DNA of 64,000 bases from Leptospiraceae bacterium (GCA_040217195.1 JAVJNR010000005.1:32001-96000), one strand, 5' to 3'. Shown: positions 47,452 to 60,718, counted from the stretch's first letter. A program made the numbers and translations. Notes: generated by a model from the sequence alone, not told the origin.

Positions 47452-47853
47452 TTATCCCTGATTGGCCACAGCTGCGATTCGGTTTCTCACCACCTGCACA
47501 GCTTCTAGATGGTTATCGATGGCCTCTTCACCGGAAACTGATGTGGCCAGCAGGCTTTCCAGTTCCTTCTGAGAATCCTCCAGGGAGATCTCCTCAGGCT
47601 TTTGAATCTCATCGGCCAGAACTGTTACTCGATTGGATTTGATCTCCAGAAAGCCGCCGCTCAGGAAATAGGATTCCGTTCCCGATTCAGTGTGAAACTT
47701 TACGATTCCAGAGCCCAGCAATGCAATCATAGGAGCATGGTTGGGCTGTATCCCCATGGAGCCATCTTTAGCAGGCAGAACGGCGGATTTGGCCGGCCCC
47801 TGATAGACTTCCCGGGCCGGCGAAACGATGCTGAGTTGGAAATCCGATGACAT
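47452..47853 (-). CDS. atpC: ATP synthase F1 epsilon
   Basis: IVSP, GSMGIQPNHAP and SGGFLEI..N.VTVLA. Confidence 0.96.
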   Translation of the reverse strand: MSSDFQLSIVSPAREVYQGPAKSAVLPAKDGSMGIQPNHAPMIALLGSGIVKFHTESGTESYFLSGGFLEIKSNRVTVLADEIQKPEEISLEDSQKELESLLATSVSGEEAIDNHLEAVQVVRNRIAAVANQG

Positions 47854-47854
47854 A

Positions 47855-50241
<2,387 letters not shown>

Positions 50242-50285
50242 GGTGCCTCGCTCTAAAGCTTAGTTTCCAGCTTCGCTCCTTGCGC

Positions 50286-51827
50286 TTACTCGCCTTTCTG
50301 ATGACGAATATCTGCTGCTTTACCCGCCAGGAAGGATTCTGCGAAGTCTTTGATGGTGGCTTCCAGGCCCTTATCATCCTCAATGACTTTTTTCTCTCGG
50401 ATTCCTTTTACGAGCTCAGAATGAGCGTCATGCAGATAGCTGATTAATGCAGATTCAAATTCTTTGGCCCGGTTCAGAGGGATCTTGTCCATCAAGCCAC
50501 GGGTTACTGCGAAGATTATTAAAACCTGATCTTCCACTGCCCAGGGAGCTGATTCTCCCTGTTTCAGGACTTCCATTACTCGATAACCTCGGTCCAGCTG
50601 AGCCTGGGTGGCAGCATCCATGTCGGTGCCCAGTTGAGCGAATGCTTCCAGAGCCTTGAAAGCTGCCTGGTCCAGCCGTAGCTTTCCAGCAACGGACTTC
50701 ATGGCCTTGATTTGAGCAGAACCACCTACCCGGCTTACAGAAATACCTACGTCTACCGCAGGTCGCTGACCGGAAGCGAATAGACCTGGCTGTAGATAAA
50801 TCTGACCGTCTGTAATGGAAATTACGTTAGTAGGAATAAATGCAGATACCTCACCTTCCTGAGTTTCGATGATTGGAAGGGCTGTTAAAGAGCCTCCACC
50901 GTATTTCTCACTCATTTTTGCCGCTCTTTCCAGAAGTCGGCTGTGAAGATAGAATACATCTCCAGGATAGGCTTCACGCCCTGGAGGACGACGAAGTAGC
51001 AGAGACATCTGACGATAGGCATTTGCCTGTTTAGTCAGGTCATCATATACAGCCAGGGTATGGCGTCCCTTCTCATACATGAAATACTCGGCCATGGAAG
51101 CACCTGCATACGGCGCCAGGTATTGTAGAGGAGCCGGATCGGAAGCGGATGCAGAAACGATGATGGTGTAATCCATACATCCCAGCTCTTTCAGTTTTTC
51201 ATATAGTGCTGCTACTTTGGAAGCTTTCTGACCAATGGCCACATATACACAGATTACATCGCCACCTTTCTGGTTGATGATTGTATCTACAGCAATGGCA
51301 GTTTTTCCAGTTCCCCGGTCTCCAATGATCAGCTCTCGCTGTCCACGGCCTACAGGAATCATGGAGTCAATGGCTTTGATACCGGTTTGCATGGGAATCT
51401 TAACCGGTTCCCTTTTTGCAATCCCTGGAGCCAGACGCTCTACAGGATAGGTCTTATCTGTATCGATGGGTCCTTTTCCGTCCAGAGGACGTCCCATGGG
51501 ATCTACGATTCGTCCCAGCAGAGCATCGCCTACAGGTACTTCCAGAACACGACCGGTCCTTTTAACTTGATAGCCTTCTCTAAGCTGGTTGGCCTCCCCT
51601 AGAACCACAACACCAACGTTGTTTTCTTCCAGGTTAAATGCAAGACCCAGAGTTCCATCTTCGAACTCCACCATCTCATTAAACATTACGTTTTCCAGGC
51701 CATACACCCGGGCAATACCATCCCCGATGGAGATTACTTCTCCCACTTCGGAGAGATCCAGTTTCGATTCGAAGCTCTGGATTTCCTTCTTCAGTATACT
51801 TACGATTTCGTCTGTCTTAATTTTCAT
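50286..51827 (-). CDS. atpA: ATP synthase F1 alpha
   Basis: [15 protein letters not shown] and [22 protein letters not shown]; start ATG 51827 after GAGGA. Confidence 0.99.
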   Translation of the reverse strand: MKIKTDEIVSILKKEIQSFESKLDLSEVGEVISIGDGIARVYGLENVMFNEMVEFEDGTLGLAFNLEENNVGVVVLGEANQLREGYQVKRTGRVLEVPVGDALLGRIVDPMGRPLDGKGPIDTDKTYPVERLAPGIAKREPVKIPMQTGIKAIDSMIPVGRGQRELIIGDRGTGKTAIAVDTIINQKGGDVICVYVAIGQKASKVAALYEKLKELGCMDYTIIVSASASDPAPLQYLAPYAGASMAEYFMYEKGRHTLAVYDDLTKQANAYRQMSLLLRRPPGREAYPGDVFYLHSRLLERAAKMSEKYGGGSLTALPIIETQEGEVSAFIPTNVISITDGQIYLQPGLFASGQRPAVDVGISVSRVGGSAQIKAMKSVAGKLRLDQAAFKALEAFAQLGTDMDAATQAQLDRGYRVMEVLKQGESAPWAVEDQVLIIFAVTRGLMDKIPLNRAKEFESALISYLHDAHSELVKGIREKKVIEDDKGLEATIKDFAESFLAGKAADIRHQKGE

Positions 51828-52380
51828 AGTATTCCTCACCCAGGATTTTCTGAGATAGTAGGTTCTGTTCCAGTCGCTTCAGTCGGCTGAATAGACTGGT
51901 GTCTATTTGAAGATCGTTACTGCGAACCACAATGCCGCCTATCAGGGAAGGCTTAACTCTGGGCTCCACTACAATCTCCATCTTAAAATAATCTTTCAAA
52001 GTATTGCGAATCTCTTCCACCACTGGTTCATCCAGTTTGGTGGCCGACTCAAGGATCACTGTTTTTCTTCCAAGCTTCTCATCTAGAAGTCTGGAATAGG
52101 CACCCACTACGTCCGGCAGATTGTGAAATCGTTCTTTGGCGCAAAGAGTGCCCAGAAAGTTGTACATCAGCTCCGATACATTGCCTTTCAGAGATTTCTG
52201 AATCAATTGCATCTTCTGCGATTCTTCCACCACAGGAGCGGCAAAGAACTTCCATACCATGGGCTCTTTATGCAGAGCTTTGTTCACATCCTGCAACTCC
52301 TGCTCGATATCGGCAGCTTTGTCAGCGGCCAGATCCAGAAGTGCTTCTGCGTACAGATTTCCTATCTTTTCGTCGCTCAT
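51817..52380 (-). CDS. atpH: ATP synthase F1 delta
   Basis: YAEAL and [10 protein letters not shown]...IDTS; operon position. Confidence 0.95.
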   Translation of the reverse strand: MSDEKIGNLYAEALLDLAADKAADIEQELQDVNKALHKEPMVWKFFAAPVVEESQKMQLIQKSLKGNVSELMYNFLGTLCAKERFHNLPDVVGAYSRLLDEKLGRKTVILESATKLDEPVVEEIRNTLKDYFKMEIVVEPRVKPSLIGGIVVRSNDLQIDTSLFSRLKRLEQNLLSQKILGEEYYEN

Positions 52381-52471
52381 TGCGATCCTTTCCCATGCGC
52401 GGCGCTTACGCCGTTGCGCGGATATTGAGGGCCGGCATATTGCCGGCTGCTTTACGGGCTAAAGGCCCGCC

Positions 52472-52999
52472 TTAATTCTGCAGACTCTTTACAGACTTGA
52501 TGGACTGCTCGATCAGTTCCTTGTGGTCCTTTTCTGACAGCGTCTTGCCCAGGATCTGAGAGGCTATCTGAACAGACAGACCGGTCACATCCTTATGGAG
52601 CTTATCCAGAGCTGCATCCATGGCCAGATCGATTTCTTTCCGGCTTCTTTCACGGATCTGCTCGGCTTCTTTTCGAGCGGTTTCCAGAATCTCATTTCGC
52701 AGTCCCTCCGCATCTTTGCGGGCTTCTCCGATGATCTCCTGGCCCTCTTCTTTGAGGCCGTTGAGCTTTTCCATGTAGTCTTCTAGCTTGGCCTCTGCAT
52801 CCTTTCGAACGCGCTCGGCTCGATCCAGGTCTTCATGGATCTTGTTGGAACGCTCATCCAGAGCAGTGGTAATCTTTTTCCAGGCAAATTTCTGCAGGAT
52901 AAAGAGGACCAGCAGAAATGTAACAGTGGTCCAGATGGCCAGACCGGGATTCACATCCAGTAGCGAAATGCCACCCTCAGCTGCTAAAAATTCTAACAT
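52472..52999 (-). CDS. atpF: ATP synthase Fo b
   Basis: PGLAIWT..TF, KFAW..I..ALDER and coiled coil. Confidence 0.96.
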   Translation of the reverse strand: MLEFLAAEGGISLLDVNPGLAIWTTVTFLLVLFILQKFAWKKITTALDERSNKIHEDLDRAERVRKDAEAKLEDYMEKLNGLKEEGQEIIGEARKDAEGLRNEILETARKEAEQIRERSRKEIDLAMDAALDKLHKDVTGLSVQIASQILGKTLSEKDHKELIEQSIKSVKSLQN

Positions 53000-53027
53000 T
53001 CTGATCCTCCTTACCTACTAACGATCC

Positions 53028-53315
53028 TTACTGGTCCTGTTGTTCTACGACTGGCTTATCTGCTTGTGCGAACTCGGACAGGGTTGCTTTGTCCAAAACA
53101 CCACCCATCTGGAACGCAATTACGAGAGCAAATAGAGCCGCACCTTCAATCAGTGCCGCAGAAATAATCATGGCTACAGTGATAGAACCAGAAGACTCAG
53201 GCTGACGGCTAATTCCTTGCGCCGCGCTGTCGCCAATGCGTCCGATTCCAATTCCAGCCCCGATAATTACGAGACCAATTCCGAGCCCTACTCCGATAAA
53301 TGCTAAGCTGATCAT
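53028..53315 (-). CDS. atpE: ATP synthase Fo c (probably H+-coupled)
   Basis: GAGIGIG, RQPE loop and ALIEG carboxylate; no Q/E/S Na+ signature. Confidence 0.97.
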   Translation of the reverse strand: MISLAFIGVGLGIGLVIIGAGIGIGRIGDSAAQGISRQPESSGSITVAMIISAALIEGAALFALVIAFQMGGVLDKATLSEFAQADKPVVEQQDQ

Positions 53316-53394
53316 TCTATCCTCCAGTTATCCTTATACTATCCTATACAAATTAATTGCTATCTACTAATCTCTTCTTCTACCTACCCGGTTC

Positions 53395-54492
53395 TCAGTG
53401 CCGGTGCATACTTAATCCAATGAAAATGGCAGAAAGCAGCGTAAAAATGAATGCCTGTAGCAGGGCCACAAGAAGCTCAAGAACATACAATGCAGTCATT
53501 CCAGACACAGAAACAATTGGCATCCACCAGGTTTGAAACTGAAATATAAACCCGGCAATCACAAGTAGCAGAACGTGTCCTGCTGTCATGTTCGCCAGCA
53601 GTCGAATGGTTAGTGCGAATCCTTTAGCCAGAGGTCCAACGATGAATTCGATGGGCCACAGCAGGGGATACAGCCACCAGGGAACGCCGGCCGGCACTGC
53701 ATGCCACAGGAATTTAAATCCCTGATAATGAAATCCAGCACCCCAGATAAGTAGAGTAGTAATTCCTGCCAGACTCATAGTTACGGCGATATCGCCAGTA
53801 ACTGTAATACCGGGCCAGAGCATCAATATACCAGGGTCCGTTTCTCCAACCGCTGGATGATTGCCCAGATGATGCGCTCCAGTAATGAGCTGCTTGGTCA
53901 TTAGAATCATTTCTCCAAAGGGAGGGAACAAACCCAGAACGTTGGAGAAAAGAATAAAGATAAATGCAGTGATAATGTAACCAATGTATCCCGGAGTGGG
54001 ATGATGCATGTTGGCTTCAGCAATGTCCTTTCGCAGGTATTGTACAAGCCCTTCCACAGCTCCAGCGAAGCGGCCCTGCACACGATAGGGATCGCTGGAT
54101 ATCTTGCGTGCTGCGGGAATAAAGATGGCAAGCATAAGTGCCACAACAACAAACATCATGGCAACTCTGCGAGTGATGTGAAGTTGCAGAATGCCTTCAT
54201 ATTTATAAAGGCGACCCGCTTCATCCTTGAACGTGTAGCGGCGAAAGGGGTCATTCGCAAAGGCCACAGGCTCCTCATCTTTGTAGACCTTTCTGCAGAA
54301 GGGGGCCCATTCTATGATTACTGAATCCATCAGGTGATGGACAAGGAGAGCCTGTAGGTCAAATCCATGCTCTTTTTGAGCTTCTTGCTCATGTCCTGCT
54401 TCCTCGGAAGCTACTGGCTCCACCTCTTCCGCATGGGCCGGTACGGCCAGGGTTGCAGCAAATAAGATTAGACTGATGATTCTTTTTGGCAT
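53395..54492 (-). CDS. atpB: ATP synthase Fo a
   Basis: FILFSNVLGL.P, FALTIRLLANMTAGH and LELLVALLQAFIFTLLS. Confidence 0.97.
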   Translation of the reverse strand: MPKRIISLILFAATLAVPAHAEEVEPVASEEAGHEQEAQKEHGFDLQALLVHHLMDSVIIEWAPFCRKVYKDEEPVAFANDPFRRYTFKDEAGRLYKYEGILQLHITRRVAMMFVVVALMLAIFIPAARKISSDPYRVQGRFAGAVEGLVQYLRKDIAEANMHHPTPGYIGYIITAFIFILFSNVLGLFPPFGEMILMTKQLITGAHHLGNHPAVGETDPGILMLWPGITVTGDIAVTMSLAGITTLLIWGAGFHYQGFKFLWHAVPAGVPWWLYPLLWPIEFIVGPLAKGFALTIRLLANMTAGHVLLLVIAGFIFQFQTWWMPIVSVSGMTALYVLELLVALLQAFIFTLLSAIFIGLSMHRH

Positions 54493-54724
54493 TCCTGTAT
54501 AACCAGTTCAAACATTTAGGCCGCCAGGGCCTCAAGCAGAGAACTCCGAAAATTTCCAGAGTCGCTCAGCGTTAGAAATGGTGGTGAAATCCATCCATTT
54601 CCGATCTTCGCATTACATTTTTCTGCCGGGCTGCAGCAGTAAGGCCGCCTGTAAAAGCGGAGCCTACTGGCATTCGAGAGAGGCAAGCCTTGCCGTCAAG
54701 TGAAAGCAGGCGAAGAGCCATTTC

Positions 54725-55117
54725 TCATTTCTGCCCGCGGCCATAAATTCCCACCCATAGGGCGCTGGCAACTTCAAAAATGAGGAATGTCCCGATGGCT
54801 AAGAGAAAAACCACCATAGCCCGGCCACGCAGATCCGGATCATCAAATGAAAAGTAAATCAGGGCCAGCACCACAATTCTAAGTAGAAATCCGGCTGGAA
54901 CTATGGACAAGCCAAGACGGGGGTATCGGCCTCTCAGGAAGAACCAGGCCCAGAGCAATGGAGGACCTGAAAGAAATATTAGCACAAACAGGTAGACTTT
55001 GAGTCCATGGGGAAAGGTCGGATCAGCCAGATGAGTAAACCACCAGGCGGGTAGAACAAACAATGCGATTAATATCGAAATCCAGTAGGTTGCTTTTCCG
55101 GGGGAAACTGAGTGCAT
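54725..55117 (-). CDS. Four-TM protein, AtpI-like position
   Basis: Four hydrophobic helices; upstream of atpB. Confidence 0.6.
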   Translation of the reverse strand: MHSVSPGKATYWISILIALFVLPAWWFTHLADPTFPHGLKVYLFVLIFLSGPPLLWAWFFLRGRYPRLGLSIVPAGFLLRIVVLALIYFSFDDPDLRGRAMVVFLLAIGTFLIFEVASALWVGIYGRGQK

Positions 55118-55120
55118 ATC

Positions 55121-55495
55121 CTACGATTCCCCCGATGGACTTTTCTTAGATCGAATCTTCAAGGTATTTCGAAACCGCTCATCGAATTCCTTCATCCGTC
55201 TTTCCACAAGTTCCGGGCTCAGCTCCGGATCCACTTCCTGCTTTTTCTGCTCTATTTTCCGTTCCTTTTCCTGCTCTGATAATCGTTTGGTTTGTCGTAC
55301 CATGAACCACAGGCCTAAAAGAAACATAGCGATAAAGATAACAGGAAAAATCCAACTGGAATACTCGGGCCAGATGTAGGTCTGGGCCACAAAGCCGGCC
55401 ACACCTCCCAGAGCCAGAAATCCCAGAAATTCAAAGACCACAGCCAGGTAGCTTCCGAAGCTTGGAGGAAAGGAAAATAAGGGACGCCTGGACAT
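55121..55495 (-). CDS. AtpZ/AtpI-family two-TM protein
   Basis: Two TM helices (EFLGFLALGGVAGF..; WIFPVIFIAMFLLG) plus a charged tail, at the head of the atp cluster. Confidence 0.6.
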   Translation of the reverse strand: MSRRPLFSFPPSFGSYLAVVFEFLGFLALGGVAGFVAQTYIWPEYSSWIFPVIFIAMFLLGLWFMVRQTKRLSEQEKERKIEQKKQEVDPELSPELVERRMKEFDERFRNTLKIRSKKSPSGES

Positions 55496-55856
55496 GATGT
55501 ACTCCGCTGAATTGATCTATGGGCTGCATTCTTAAGAATCTCCCTGAATGCAAATGACATGTAAGCCGGTCTGTAGTTGCAGCGAGCTTACATTGAAAAA
55601 AAACCTGCAATTGGATCCATTGCTCGCCGATGGTTTTGAAGGAATGCAACAAATTCGCTTCATTCGTACCTGCGAAGGCTCCTATGTAGCCTATGCCTCC
55701 GATGTAAATCTTGCCTGTAGAGCCCCTTCCCGGCGGGAAGCTTTCCAGACACTCAGAAAGTTTCTTGCTCTGGGTCGCCCGGCTCTCTCGGAAAAAGGGG
55801 AACGAAGACTGGGAAAATGTGTAGTATTTCGGCCGGAAGCAGGCGGTTACCATCCA

Positions 55857-56990
55857 TCAATGGAGCAGGTTACCCAGACGGCTCCATCGAACGTCCATAC
55901 GTGGCACTCTGTATAGAGCGGTACGCATCAGATACTGCCAAAGATTTTCATGGAGCATGTATTGATCCATGTTGCTGCAATATTCCACCTGATCTTCCAC
56001 CGGAAAGTTTTCCAGGCGGAATCCATCGACTCCAAACTCCGCGTTGTTACTTCCCATAGAGTAATCATAGCAGATCTGATCACGCCAGTCGATACTGAAA
56101 TATATGATTAAAGCTTTGCCCTGAATACTACCCCGGTCAATGGTTCCCACTTCATGAAACCTGGAGTCCTTGCTATCATCCCGATTATCTCCCATGACAA
56201 AGTATTTGTCTTCGCCCAGAACGCAGCCGGTAGTTTTGAATGTAGGACAGATTGAGCCATGATCCAGGGCAACCCCTCGGAAGCGCTCCACAATCAGATG
56301 TTTTTTACCTTCAATGGTTTCCTCAAAAACCACCGGCACATCGCTTTGATAACCTGGAACCACCTCTGGATGAAGTACAGATGAACTATCTGCATCCGTC
56401 AGAATGGCACGAGATTCCTCTGCACTCAGCTCCCGGTAGGTGAAGTGCTGCCACTCCCCTTCATCATTGGGCTTGTATTCAACGTAGGCCAGATCCGGCG
56501 CCTGATAGGCACTGTCCTGAAATTCCGTGGAACAGCTGTATTCCGGATTGTCAGATCGCTCCACTGGAAACTCTGGATCACAAACACCCAGGTAACGAAT
56601 TCTAATCCTGTCTCCGGGCAATCCGATGACACGTTTCACGTAATTCTTTTCCGTTTCTTCTCTCGGAATAAAAGTTATGATATCGCCGCGCTTGGGATCA
56701 TCAATGCGCATGATTTCAGTGCCGATATAGGGCAACCTCAGGGAATATCTCATCTTATTCACAAATAGATAATCCCCTACTTTCAGGGTAGGAATCATGG
56801 AGCCTGAAGGAATGTTATTCGCATCAAGCATGGACTGCTTGAATGCAAAAACTAGAATTAGTAAGATGCCAAAGGATACAATAACTGAAAAAGGATTTTC
56901 CTGGGATTCGTAGACTTCGTCACGGTCCCTTTCAGATGGATTGGACTGTTTTTTACGGGCCACACCCCAGAGTTCAGAGCTACCAACCAC
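55857..56990 (-). CDS. lepB: Signal peptidase I
   Basis: IPSGSMIPTL..GD, YVKRVIGLPGD and GDNRDDSKDSR. Confidence 0.96.
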   Translation of the reverse strand: MVGSSELWGVARKKQSNPSERDRDEVYESQENPFSVIVSFGILLILVFAFKQSMLDANNIPSGSMIPTLKVGDYLFVNKMRYSLRLPYIGTEIMRIDDPKRGDIITFIPREETEKNYVKRVIGLPGDRIRIRYLGVCDPEFPVERSDNPEYSCSTEFQDSAYQAPDLAYVEYKPNDEGEWQHFTYRELSAEESRAILTDADSSSVLHPEVVPGYQSDVPVVFEETIEGKKHLIVERFRGVALDHGSICPTFKTTGCVLGEDKYFVMGDNRDDSKDSRFHEVGTIDRGSIQGKALIIYFSIDWRDQICYDYSMGSNNAEFGVDGFRLENFPVEDQVEYCSNMDQYMLHENLWQYLMRTALYRVPRMDVRWSRLGNLLH

Positions 56991-57082
56991 AGATCAACGA
57001 AATATTGCTTCTATAATAAGGTCCTGCGCAACGAGTATTAGCTTTCGGTAGAAAAGCTTCCAGGACAATGGGCGGAAGGATC

Positions 57083-59677
57083 TCAATCCTCGATGAAAGT
57101 AGCCGCAGGAAAAATGACTCTGTACTTGCCGGGAATGAGAGGCACCAGATTATTCGATTCCAGATAATCTTCCGGATCATCGAAGGCTTCCAGAACTGGA
57201 ATGCCTCGATCATGAAAAACCCGCATCAACTCCTTGCGATACATCCAATCCTCCTGACTGGCAGGATTCCAGATTACCAGATCCAGTTTTCCTCTGAACC
57301 TGCGATCCATGTCCCAGAGCCGTAGAGATTGCCCCTTGCAAACGAATTCTCTTAAATAGATCTGACCGGATCCTCGAACCTCTTCTGGAAGCAACAGCCT
57401 GCCCCGGAGCTCAGGATTTAGGAACTGCTGCAGCTTCAAACTGGAAGTGCCTGCATCATAACATTCATCCGATAACCGGGCGCCGCTGGCATTTAAACTA
57501 TAATCCCTGGCCTTCTCCTTTCTGGAAGCGGAAAGCCAGCCAAAATAGGTCACAGAAGCACCTGTAAAAATATTGGAATAGTCCAGATCAAGGGAAGGGT
57601 CATACAGCACAGCCAGAGAGCCCCTGGCATGATTCACAAATTCACCAAAGAATTCCCTGGCCCGGCTGCAGGAGCCACCGGATTCAAAATCGCAGTCTTT
57701 TTCTATGTTATCTTCATTTCCCAGGGTCTGGACCTTGAATTTCCAGTTACCACCGGATGCTTCGAAAAGAACAAAGTGCCCGGACCTGGATTCCGGATTC
57801 CGGGCAAAAAACAGAATGTTTCTTCCATCCCTGGCCGACGGCAAATGCATTCGATGCAGTTCGTAGGCTTCTTCTCGAATAAAGGGCGATGGGTCCGGCG
57901 AAGGGGCCCAGTCAAATCGGTTCTGAAATCTGGACTCTCGAATACTGGTTCGAAGACCTCTTAATCCACCCGGGTTGTTACCCGGTCTGAACTCAAATCT
58001 CTGACTGGCTGAAAGCCTGGAAAGAATGAGCAGAGCTGAATTGGAATCCTGAAGTCGATGCAGATCTCGCATGAAGGCATCCATCAGAAAATGTCGATCC
58101 ACCATTTCTGGTAGCCACAGTAAGAAGAACCGGTCAGCAGGATCAAATCTTCGGGCAGCCACATAGGAACTGAGGGAAAGTATTTCGTTTTTCCTGACTG
58201 TGCGACTCATTCGCCGCTGCAAGAAATACATACCAGCCTGTCTGGAAAAATCCGGAGTCAGTGTTCGATTCTCCCCTGTAAGAATGCCACGTGCTTTGAT
58301 AAAATTGATCATCGCATTGTAGTTCTTCTGTAGAAAGAACAGTGCCCATCCATCCAGTACGGTAGCCTGATACTCAATGACTTCCAGTCCACGTGCCTGG
58401 GATAGATAGGTTACATCCTCGGCGATTTTGTGAGCTAGCTCTGGATTCGTGGAAATAACCATTTGAGCAATTCTAAGTCTGGCCACCAGGGTTTCGGCCC
58501 GCTTGCTATCAGGATCCTTTTTGCTGAAGTCATGCAGAAGCTGTCCGGCGCGCTTCTTATCTCCTTGAAGAAATACCAGAGCGGCCAGACGAATTCGCAT
58601 CACATCACCGTTGCGCGGCAGACCCACCCAGACATCCCGGCCCTTTTGCGATCCAAGTTGATCCGGCTTTTCTTTTAGTATAAGGTTACTCGCTGCCTCA
58701 TATTCACCTGCAAGGATGAGCCAGTCCAGATGCTTCAACGTAGTGATCAGATTCTCTTTCTTTTGAATCTGATCATCGTAGCGCAGCGCAGATTTATAAT
58801 CTCCGGCCATGGTCAGATACCTGGGCACCGATTCTTTCAATCTGGTATTACTTGAATCGTTTCTGGCCATGCCCGCAGAAAGTATTCCAGCCTCAAGAGG
58901 AAGGCCCAGACGTACCAATAGTTCCGGAAGTGGTCTGGCCAGAAGGGAAAAGAAAGGAATGAACCTCTTTTGAAACAGAAACAGATCCAGTCGGGATTGA
59001 AGCTCAAAATAATCGGAGATTCCAATATCCTTCTTTGCAATTCTACTTTCCATGAGCTGGCCTGTTTCAATCACAAAGCATGCTTCGATGGCCAGACTTT
59101 CGCAGTTCGGTGCCAGGTCATGGTAGCCTGTGCCGCTCACTGTAAACCTGAGTAGCCTGGCATGATAGGCCAGCAACTCAACAGCCTTTTTATCTGTGTC
59201 GGAATGGGCCTGGTTTTGAAGTCTTCCGTACCCCTTTTCCAGCTCCGCCCTACCCGGGGCTGCATCCAACTCCACATGAGCCCGATAGATAAGAGTTAAG
59301 CTTTGCCTTTCAATAGAAGAGAATCCGTTGAACTCACTTAGAATCGACTTAACCTGGCTGCGTAGATCAGGATCCTGCCGGGCCCGATCTATATAACCCT
59401 GCATTACCACTAACCTGGACTGGCTACTCAGAGGTCGTAGGTTGGACTCGGAAGGCTTTTCCATCTCAACGGTGCCTTCCGTGACATAGAGCGGAGTGGC
59501 CCAGGCACCTTCAAAGCTGCACAGCCCGACCAGCAAGATGAGAGCTCCTAATCGGCCATGCGAGTTTTTTGCCCTTGAGCCGGGTCTAAAAGACCGGGCA
59601 CCGGGCAGCAGATATTTCAAAAAAATATAGAATGTAGTATGAAACCGGTTTACATCCATTCGCTGCGATCCTACCAA
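57083..59677 (-). CDS. Large exported helical-repeat (TPR-like) hypothetical protein; true start probably further in
   Basis: 864-aa ORF with a signal-like LGALILLVGLCSFEGAWA near aa 43-60. Confidence 0.7.
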   Translation of the reverse strand: MVGSQRMDVNRFHTTFYIFLKYLLPGARSFRPGSRAKNSHGRLGALILLVGLCSFEGAWATPLYVTEGTVEMEKPSESNLRPLSSQSRLVVMQGYIDRARQDPDLRSQVKSILSEFNGFSSIERQSLTLIYRAHVELDAAPGRAELEKGYGRLQNQAHSDTDKKAVELLAYHARLLRFTVSGTGYHDLAPNCESLAIEACFVIETGQLMESRIAKKDIGISDYFELQSRLDLFLFQKRFIPFFSLLARPLPELLVRLGLPLEAGILSAGMARNDSSNTRLKESVPRYLTMAGDYKSALRYDDQIQKKENLITTLKHLDWLILAGEYEAASNLILKEKPDQLGSQKGRDVWVGLPRNGDVMRIRLAALVFLQGDKKRAGQLLHDFSKKDPDSKRAETLVARLRIAQMVISTNPELAHKIAEDVTYLSQARGLEVIEYQATVLDGWALFFLQKNYNAMINFIKARGILTGENRTLTPDFSRQAGMYFLQRRMSRTVRKNEILSLSSYVAARRFDPADRFFLLWLPEMVDRHFLMDAFMRDLHRLQDSNSALLILSRLSASQRFEFRPGNNPGGLRGLRTSIRESRFQNRFDWAPSPDPSPFIREEAYELHRMHLPSARDGRNILFFARNPESRSGHFVLFEASGGNWKFKVQTLGNEDNIEKDCDFESGGSCSRAREFFGEFVNHARGSLAVLYDPSLDLDYSNIFTGASVTYFGWLSASRKEKARDYSLNASGARLSDECYDAGTSSLKLQQFLNPELRGRLLLPEEVRGSGQIYLREFVCKGQSLRLWDMDRRFRGKLDLVIWNPASQEDWMYRKELMRVFHDRGIPVLEAFDDPEDYLESNNLVPLIPGKYRVIFPAATFIED

Positions 59678-59706
59678 TGATGCTACATAATAGGAATTTA
59701 GAAGCT

Positions 59707-60441
59707 ATGATTTCGTACAGCCATTTTCTCTCAATGATCACTTCAATCGCCCTTTTTATCTGTGCCGGTAGTATACTGCAGGCTCAGACTCCCGATGCAG
59801 GAAGGTCCGATCCGGTAAGGGAATTTGAAGGCTCAGATTACCTGGACCGACAAATTGCATCCAGGAAAATTGGCAAGCTCCGACATCTGGTTGAAAGGGA
59901 CCTGGTCAGACTGGGACGGCTGGTGGAGAATTTTGGCGGGGATGTGGCTGGCGCCGATGCAAAGTACAAAGAGACCGCAGAAGTCTTCCGCAAGGCTATC
60001 GATTCCTATTATAGTGGTGAGTTGCTCCAGTCCTATCATTTACTCAGGGATGCACGGAAAAGGGCCTTCGAGATCTATAAATCCTTTAACGATTCCTACA
60101 ATCAGAAGGTAAGCGAAATACTCTCAAAAACTACAACCGCGCTGGTGGACCAGGAAATCCGAGAGGCTGGCCTGGCAAAGAGCCGAAGGGTTCAGGAGAC
60201 CAGACACAGAATTGTGGTGGCCCGTAGACAACTGGCGATGGCCAGACGGTCCATCGACTCAGAAAGGCCAGATGCTGCCATCGATCATTACAGGAACGCT
60301 ACTATCCTGGCTGTGATTGCACTTGCAGAGATTCAGACAGAGAAGCAAAAGGCAGATGAAATCTATAGCACCTATAAAAAGGAGCTGAAAGATGCAGGCT
60401 ATGACCCCTATCCCCTGGACCCGGATAAGGGTGTGGACTGA
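59707..60441 (+). CDS. Exported all-alpha hypothetical protein
   Basis: Signal peptide ending LQA followed by amphipathic helices; start uncertain. Confidence 0.7.
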   Translation: MISYSHFLSMITSIALFICAGSILQAQTPDAGRSDPVREFEGSDYLDRQIASRKIGKLRHLVERDLVRLGRLVENFGGDVAGADAKYKETAEVFRKAIDSYYSGELLQSYHLLRDARKRAFEIYKSFNDSYNQKVSEILSKTTTALVDQEIREAGLAKSRRVQETRHRIVVARRQLAMARRSIDSERPDAAIDHYRNATILAVIALAEIQTEKQKADEIYSTYKKELKDAGYDPYPLDPDKGVD

Positions 60442-60718
60442 GCCAGAAAGGCACACCAGGAAATTGAATTCCTGGACAACCAGGCGGAATTCTAGATCGG
60501 CCAGAGAAGCTCGGTGCTGAAAGCTGATTTCGGGCCGTAAAAAGCCCCTCTAGCTCAAGCGGATCTCTGGCAGCAATGCTGCAAGGGTCCAGGGAAACTG
60601 GCTTCAATGCAGCCGTCTTTACCAGGAAAAGGGGCTTTCCTTTTGTCTGACAGGACAGATCAGCACTCAATTCTGTCAGGTTATCGTTAAGGTATTTTAC
60701 CTGGAGCCGATGTAATCC

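Noticed and set aside
55431..55853. 140-aa minus-strand ORF between lepB and the atpZ-like gene
   Set aside because: No recognisable motif or RBS, overlaps the next gene, and competes with the + strand HicB-like frame.
60512..60615. TPP-like (GGTGCTGAAAGCTGA) and cobalamin-like (AGGGAAACTGG) words
   Set aside because: The remaining conserved elements (ACCTG; GCCCCCGCAACTGT) are absent.
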